This document shows, piece by piece, positions 58,310 to 64,000 of a stretch of 64,000 bases of DNA. The DNA lies in NCBI RefSeq assembly GCF_902459465.1, contig NC_047066.1, forward strand, positions 1,798,001 to 1,862,000, read 5' to 3'. Made by a program: the position numbers and the translations under genes. The stretch's first letter is position 1, and every line of letters begins with the position of its first letter. Source of the stretch: Asterias rubens (taxonomy: Eukaryota). The notes beneath the pieces are model-generated. The model was not told where the DNA came from. It saw only the letters and a program-made list of their open reading frames with translations, and ran no database searches.

Positions 58310-61300
58310 ATGGGTTGCATGTATTCAAAGAACAACCTGCCAAAAGTCATAGGTAAGTTTAAGTTAATATTTTGATTTGTTTTCACTCACTGACTGACTC
58401 AGTCAACTTTGGTTTGACAATGTTTACGAATTGAAATGAATGTTGTTGATGTTTTCCTCTTCTTCTTGTTTTGCTATTAACTATTGAACTAGCAAAGCAA
58501 AAAGAAAGGGTTGGGGGTCAAGTTAGTGAGGCTACACAACAATTGCTTTCTTGCCTGTTGCAGCAAAAAGATCTAATTCTAACGCTTTTAAACAACCAAG
58601 CTAGCCGAAGGCCCAACAATTTAGTTTAAATTGGTAATAATTAATAGGCCTAGGCCTATGTTAAGTTGTTTGTGTAACCTCGACTGCATATAATGGGCTT
58701 TTTTGACTTTTGTGAGGCCCTTTTCTGTGGACTGTGGGAAATTGATTTAATATCTCAATCAAGCAATAAACATAAACCACCGAGGAAATGATTAATTACA
58801 TGTAAATGGAACATATTTTTTATTTCTTTAGATTCTGACACAGGACCTAGGCGAAATCCAAAATATTCAAAAAAAACTTTGAAATCCCAAAATGCGGTAA
58901 GTTGGTCGTTAAAATAAAATACTACATTTTATATGCCTTACTGTCACAGTCACTCAGTCTAAAATAACTTTGTCATTCTAGGTATTCCTTATTTCTTTTA
59001 TAACTTTTTTATCACAGTCCCTTTTTCCTCTGGTAAAACTATATTTCATCAAGCATTATTTTTTTATTTCTTAGCAAATTGAATTTAACTCCCTTAAAAA
59101 ATGTCAGTTTCATGGCTGATAATATTGTTTTAGGTCATGTAGGTTGTCAATGTAAACGATTTTTTTCTTCTGAGAGATGAACTTCCTTTCCGGTAAAAAA
59201 AGTAACCTACTTTCTGAAAATATTGCTAATACTTTTTAATTTTTAATAGTAATAATAACTTGTTTCCAGGGAGTGATTTTGTAAGGCACCACTTTTTAAG
59301 TTTGATGTAATTATGTCTTAAGATCGGGCCGTAATGTTTGCTATTTTTTAGGCCAAGACCAAGATGAACAAGGCCCTGGCTGAGGTAAAAGCCAAGGGAG
59401 ATGCCAAGTTAGCTGCCTTTGCTGAACTAGGTAAAACAAATTACATTTTCTCTGACCTTTTCATTGTTCATCACAATCACAGCATCTTCCTTTTCCATTG
59501 TTAGTGTTACCCCACCCTTCCCTGTTAAAGGAGTGGTATAACTTTGGTAGTTACTTGAAATTTAATGACCATAAAAACTTATTTGGTTAGAAGAAAGGAT
59601 ATATATCATGCATAAGAACAAAATGAAAAAAGGGTTTTAATTGGTATTAGAAATTGGTAGGCCTGTCATCTGTGTTAAATTTCAGGCAAATTAAACCATC
59701 TGCACCCTTACTTTTATGCTTCCCTATACAATAGCCATTGATGGTTGTTTTGAAATAGAGACTTGGTGTGATTTGGGGGAAGTTTAGACCATTTCTTGTG
59801 ATTGCTGTGTGACATTTTAGATAAGATTTGGTGGTCAGTCTTTTCTCGCCTTCCTCCTCTAGGAAATGGGGACAATACGTGGATTTGGTTTTCAGTCCCC
59901 ATCTGACTGTGTGAGTTTTCCCTGGAACACTTCCTCCCACATCTTAAACTGAAACTTCTTTCCTTGTTCTCATCATGGGTTCCTGGCTAGTAAAGTGTTT
60001 AAGTTTGTTTTTCTGATAGTCCTAGAATGAATGAAATGTAATGAAAAACTCCTGTCCTGTCATTACAGCAGGGATCCAGCTGCCAGCTGCTTCCATCAAG
60101 CAAAGCGTTAACGAGCAAGCCCCACTCCCTGAGCAAGCCACCCCTATGGAGACCCTGAAGGTGAGAGATCCATCATTGTGACATTTCAAACCATTTCAAC
60201 CCATTCATGTACCATTTATTTTTATTCATATGGACACATTAGTTGTTTATTAAGGGTTCTTGTTTTTATTTTATTTTCTTATTTATTTGCAAATGGCGAC
60301 ACCGTTCTGAAAACTGTGTGGCCGTGACAATGATATTTTTTATATTTTTTAGATTTACAACTATTTTTTTGAAGGGATGTAAGCCGGTCTCCAGTGACCA
60401 GTCAGCTCATGAAAGAGCTAATAACAAATTTATACTATACTTATCCTTATGGAAAAAGTAAATGCTATACTTCTCATTGATCCGATTTATGTACAAAGTT
60501 CATACAAAAATTAATCAGTGCCGGAGGACTTCAAGACTGGTCTCAGATTCGCCCTCTTTAGGGGCGGACTCAGACTTGATTGAGCTCCCCTCGGACAATA
60601 GGGACTCTGACTTCGAAAACATGGACTTGACTACAGCCCAGATATTAATCTAGTTTTACGTACATCTTTCCCACATATGGTTTGTCTTGAAGGCATCAAT
60701 GAAGAACGATAAGGTGTCTTTAAGTGGAATGGATGACACTGAAGCTATTCCTGTCTCCATCTCAACTGATGTCATCGCTATGATGACTATCAATGATACA
60801 CTGAGCAAGACGGAGGAACTCAAGAAGCAGACTGAGGTAAGAAGCAAAAAACTTGATAAAGAAGTTTTATGTGATATCTGAAACTAAAAAAGTTGAGTAA
60901 ATTTAGAATTGACTTTTGCATACTGTCAATGAAACAAAACTTCATCCAAATAATAACCAAAACGTATAATTTTTACCCTTACACCGATGTGTATTAAAAG
61001 CACTGTATACTCATTACGGACAAGTTTCCGTATGGCGCCACCACTTTTTCATTCGATATGAAATAATGTAGTATCTAATTTACCTCAATGAGATATCCCT
61101 TTTTGTTAAATTTACCTCAATGAGATATCCCTTTTTGTTAAAATGAGTGAAAAAGTGGTGGCGCCATACGGAAAGTTATCCCTCATTACTTTCCAAGGTT
61201 CTCCATGAAACAATCCACAGGCAATTACTCTGGTGGGATTCGAACCCACGACCTATGCATTGCTAGAGCAGATTTCTTAACACTTGACCACCAAGCTAGC

Positions 61301-63978
61301 CTGGTATCTAGAGGCAGCTCAAATTCTTAGTACTGCAGTGATTTAAAAGATTAATTTTTTGCATTGGGGATCTCTATCACCGACGACAATTCAAAGTTAT
61401 CTGATAACGTACTCACAACAAAACATCACAATCCTAAGATCAATTCAATTTCTGATGAAGTTTTGTATTGTTTTGGATATTGAATCTTTTATTAGTTGAT
61501 CCAGTTAGTCTAATGTTTTAAATTATCAGCAAACATTAAAACGACTGTGTACTCTAATTCAGTCTGCCCCAGCCTTTGAGCGTCCAACCAACTCAGCTCA
61601 ATCTACCAGCTCAAGACTAATTGTTGTCACTGAAGCAACTGTTGACAACACACAGGGGAAGAAACTACCCACTACTACTGTTCCTTCTAAAGTAGAGGTA
61701 AACATTCTTGTGACCTGTGCCCAATTTCATAAAGCAGTAAATTTCTTGGTCAACCAAGAAATGACTTGGGTAATCAATGGTACTCTGGCTGGTAGCCTGT
61801 TTTTGCTAAGCGAACAAAAATTGTGCTTTTGCTGTTTTGCTGTTTTTTCAGCAAGTAAACACTGTATTCGGTTGAAACTTTCACATGTGACGTTTAGTGT
61901 ATCTTTTTTTTTATAATTTTGACCAAAAATAAGCATGACGTTGGAAAAAAAGAAACCACTGACCCAACCTTCGAGACAAGTATGAAATAAAACAAGTATA
62001 AAAAGTAACATTAAAAATAATTCCTCTTTCTCCAGGAACTAACTACTGACTCTGACTCCATGATGAGTGATGACAATGACGCAGAAATGATAACCAAGGA
62101 TGAAAAGGTGAATGAAGAACTAGCACAGGTAAAAAAGGCAACATGTTCAGATTCTGAAAATGCAGTTAATTTGAGCAGAATTTCTACAAGACCTGCAGGG
62201 CCCAATTTCATGAAGTTGTTAATGCATGAAATTAAGCTCAGCAAATTTCTAATTGTTTAAGCAAGAAATAACTGGGTTACTGTAGTCACGTCAATGGTAA
62301 CTGTATGGTATTCTGGCTGGTCATCTATTGCTAAGAAAAACTTGCTCGTGCTTATTAGGCAAGTTTTACTTAGCAATATAGGCTTTTTGTGGTAAGAGTC
62401 CAGTAATTTTATAACTTTACCAACAATGCAAATTAGATTGGCCTGCAACTGCCGAGGCCTTAAATTATGGGAAAATGCCTGCAACTGCCTAGGCGGGGTA
62501 ATTACTAGTGAATAATAATTAATATCTATTACTTACAACTTTAACCAATGAGCAGGTTCTTCCCTGTGAGGGGCAAACACCACCAAGCCAAGTCCAAACC
62601 TGCTACATTGGCCTAAGGAAAATAGTAGCGAAGAAAACTGCCTTAATAATCGAGAACCTTCTCTGACCAGAGCTGACGATGAAGTGGACGAGCATTTGCT
62701 ATGCGCCCCTCGTTGTCGTTACACCTCAGCAGTTTTCAAAAGAAGAAGTGAACTAAAGCGTGCGCCTTTTGTGCACAAAGAAAGCTTTATTTATTCTTAA
62801 AGGAATTCACTCCAGGCTTATTGAAATTTGGCCCAGTTTGTTAAAAGGGTCCACCATCTAACAAACACTACCTACCCCAACTGAACCCAAAAATAATCAG
62901 TTAATAACAATTTTCAACATACATTTTTGAAAATATAAATTGGCCTCCTTATTTAGAAAAATAAGTGCAATAAATAATAAAATAGATAAATAAAATAAGT
63001 AAAATAAATAAATAATTAAAATTGTTAAATGAAGAACAGTGGTCTCAGTGTAAAGTATTTAAATTAATTTGATTAATGTATCAGATAATGCCAGCCAGTG
63101 AACGTCCTAGCAGCTCTGCGTCTGCCTGCTCCAGACTGATAGTTGTAGCTGAAGCTAAGACATCCATTGATAACACCATGGATGAAACCATACCCGCTCC
63201 ATCTACCTCCACCTCTCCCAAGACTGAGGAGAAGGTAAGATGGGAAAAATGGTTTTGCAAAATGCAACTTGCTACATTTTCAGATGAATTGTTTTGTTTA
63301 CAAAAGACTTAAGTACAAAATGTTTTGCTGAAACCAGCACCTGTCTTTGAAATTTACTAAAAACTCATGTTGTCAGATTACAAGGGACAATTATATAGAG
63401 CTACTTAAACTTACACCTCTAGGACCCTGGTTCAAATCACACCAGGGGCACTGTGTGGTTCGGGTTTCAGTCCCTACCTGACTGCGTGGGGTTTTCCCTT
63501 GGAAACATTGGGGTTTTTTTTCCACATCTAGAACTTAAACTTCCTTCCTTCTCTTTCTTGGGTTCTTGGCTAGTTCAATGATTAAGTTCAATTTTCTGGG
63601 AGTCATTAATTACCTTCACAACCAGAATTAGTTAACACAATAAAAATTAAGGCCAGTTATGATTCTGATAAATTAGTAACATGCAGACATACAAAATGAT
63701 AACAATAAATTCTTCCTTTTCATCTTCAATCATGATTTAGTGAGTATTTGTCTTTATTCCAGCCATTGAACCAGCTAGCGTCATCTGCGAGCAGTCTGGA
63801 TAAAGCGACTACTAATTTAGTAGATGCTGTCTTTACCAGCCTGGACAACGAGGAAACTGCACAAGAATCCATTGTGGATGTGCAGAATTCTGATGCTGTG
63901 ATCAACGATTGTAATACGGTGAGTGAAGTGAAAGAACAGTTAAACATTCCATCAAAGCACAACAGTTCACCTGACTAA
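58310..63978 (+). CDS. Uncharacterised MGC-initiated (predicted myristoylated/palmitoylated), low-complexity acidic S/T-rich protein
   Basis: Phase-consistent exons 58310-58352 (MGCMYSKNNLPKVI), 58832-58896, 59352-59430, 60069-60160, 60693-60836, 61563-61697, 62036-62128, 63085-63234, 63763-(63918 GTGAGT donor or 63978 TAA). All have canonical GT-AG boundaries and an open frame. The gene may continue beyond the window. Confidence 0.68.
59825..60045 (+). mobile_element. SINE copy (same family as 18335-19328), unamplified
   Basis: TCTCGCCTTCC..CTCTAGGA...TACGTGGATTTGGTTTTCAGTCCCCATCTGACTG...TTTTCCCTGGAA...AAACTGAAACTT. Confidence 0.7.
61018..61181. mobile_element. MITE with 8-bp TSD (CTCATTAC) and GG termini (Merlin/hAT-like)
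   Basis: TIR GGA(C/T)AA.TTTCCGTATGGCGCCACCACTTTTTCA; TSD at 61010-61017 and 61182-61189; internal 32-bp tandem duplication 61077-61140. Confidence 0.85.
63415..63610 (+). mobile_element. SINE copy (same family as 18335-19328), unamplified
   Basis: CTCTAGGACCCTGGTTCAAATC...CCAGGGGCACT..GTGG...TTTCAGTCCCTACCTGACTGCGTGGG. Confidence 0.7.
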
Positions 63979-64000
63979 ATATTATTATTAATAATAACAG

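Noticed and set aside
62556-62800. Extra exon(s) of the MGC protein (VLPCEGQ... or ENSSEENCLNNREPSL...)
   Set aside because: Composition is plausible, but the acceptor at 62555 runs into a stop without a good donor, and the 62618 frame lacks a convincing donor. Unresolved, so left out of the model.

Overview
AT-rich, intron-rich eukaryotic genomic DNA from an invertebrate deuterostome, most likely an echinoderm or sea star (inferred from gene content, intron style and the SINE/MITE families). The ORF track is mostly noise, so I rebuilt genes by hand from GT-AG boundaries and codon phase. All are on the + strand: (1) the 3' part of a KSR (kinase suppressor of Ras) gene, 904-10341; (2) a complete transcobalamin/intrinsic-factor-like gene, 16580-24377; (3) an orphan secreted protein with a Thr-rich linker and a possible FaMeT-like domain, 32927-36096; (4,5) a recent ~5.3-kb tandem duplication carrying two fibrinogen-related (FReD) genes, 38219-41186 and 43456-46719; (6) an atypical adhesion-type GPCR with a degenerate GPS, 47603-56449; (7) an MGC-initiated, probably acylated and largely disordered protein, 58310 to about 63978. 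Introns and intergenic DNA are dense with TTAA (Kolobok-type) MITEs, other palindromic MITEs and tRNA-derived SINEs. Three observations stand out. The FReD pair differs in 25-aa coiled-coil repeat number (4 vs 8), and its ligand-binding exon shows almost only non-synonymous divergence beside an identical intron. A 13 x 61-bp array grown inside a SINE repeats a B-box-like plus CTCF-like motif. The KSR and GPCR proteins have non-canonical catalytic/cleavage motifs. No database searches were run; family names come from motif recognition.
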